From assembly GCF_004010195.1 (NCBI RefSeq), contig NC_057753.1, positions 5,963,961-6,027,960 of the forward strand: 64,000 nucleotides of DNA, in the 5' to 3' direction. Position 1 is the first letter of the stretch, and each line of letters opens with the position of its first letter. The stretch is from Chiloscyllium plagiosum (taxonomy: Eukaryota). The position numbers were made by a program, and so were the translations under genes. The notes below the pieces were generated by a model. The model did not search any database. It was not told the origin of the DNA and was given only the letters and a program-made list of their open reading frames with translations. Shown here piece by piece: positions 63,260-64,000 of this stretch.

Positions 63260-63587
63260 ATCATAGAATCCTTACCGTGTGGAAACATGCCATTAGGCCA
63301 AACAAATCTACACCGATCCTCTGAAGAGTAACCGACCCAGACCCATTCCTCTACCCTATTTCTGTGCATGTACCCCTGACTAATCACCTTACCTACACAC
63401 CCTGAACACCATGGGCAAATTAGAACGGCCAATTGACTTAACCTGCACATTTTTGGACTGTGGGAAGAAACCTACATGCGAATGTGCAAACTCAACACAG
63501 ACAGTCGGCCGAGTCTGAAATTGACCCCCGGTCCCAGGCGCTGTAAGACAGCAGTGGTAACTACTAAACCACTGTGCCATCCTCCCC
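63260..63587 (-). mobile_element. HE1-type SINE nested in CR1
   Basis: Minus-strand head ggatggcacagtggtttag..actgctg, core tgtgttgagtttgcacatt, gattctatga tail. Confidence 0.8.
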
Positions 63588-64000
63588 ACAGAAAGGTGAG
63601 CAAAACAGAATACAATACTTCAAGTGTAGCCTCAAGAATGTTCTGTACAACTTTAACATAACTTGCAACTTCTGAACTCAACGCCCTGACTGAAGAAGGC
63701 CAGTGTCCCAAAAGCCTTCTTCGCTGCCCTGCCTACCTGTGACTCAACTTTCAGGGAACCGTGCACCTGAACTCAAAAGTCCCTTTGCTGTGTTACACTC
63801 TTTAAGGTCCTATCATTCAACATGAAAACGCTGCCTTGTTTTTACTTTCCAAAGTGCAAGACCTCACAATAATCTATACTAAGCTCCATTTGTCTTTTCT
63901 TGGCCCACTTCCCCAGCTGACCAAGGTCCTGTGGTAATTTCTTACAACATTCCTCACTGTACACGAAACCACCTATTTTAGTATCATCTGTAAATTTAAA

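Larger units (their letters stand above)
61430..64000 (-). mobile_element. CR1 LINE fragments with nested hairpin element and SINE
   Basis: Minus RT motifs GVPHGSV, KFADD, KWLAEFNPDK; a further CR1 piece from ~63590 to the window end. Confidence 0.75.

Overview
Vertebrate genomic DNA, AT-rich and mostly repeats. The repeat set (CR1/HER1-type LINEs, HE1/V-SINE-type tRNA-derived SINEs, Penelope-like elements) points to a cartilaginous fish, probably a shark (inference). The gene content is a tandem, same-strand cluster of class A 7TM receptors resembling the GPR139/GPR142 family. There are three intact two-exon genes: A1 5132-7241 (324 aa), A2 28325-36071 (323 aa) and B2 49786-52843 (327 aa). 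A decayed pseudogene (psiB1, ~11864-12527) lies between A1 and A2. Each intact gene has a 70-nt first coding exon, a phase-1 intron inside TM1, almost no extracellular N-terminus, a TATA-like box 55-58 nt before the ATG and a shared CTAATT-N4-CCCT-N4/5-RTTAAC upstream module. Flank homology shows the cluster arose by tandem duplication of a two-gene (A+B) unit, with a probable later gene-conversion patch between A1 and A2. The second theme is Penelope-like retroelements: one near-complete decayed element (18060-20880), several fragments, and many short pLTR-derived insertions. Several of these carry minimal hammerhead-ribozyme cores, long hairpins and 12-13 bp target-site duplications. No rRNA, true tRNA or CRISPR was seen. 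Repeat boundaries were set by eye and are approximate.
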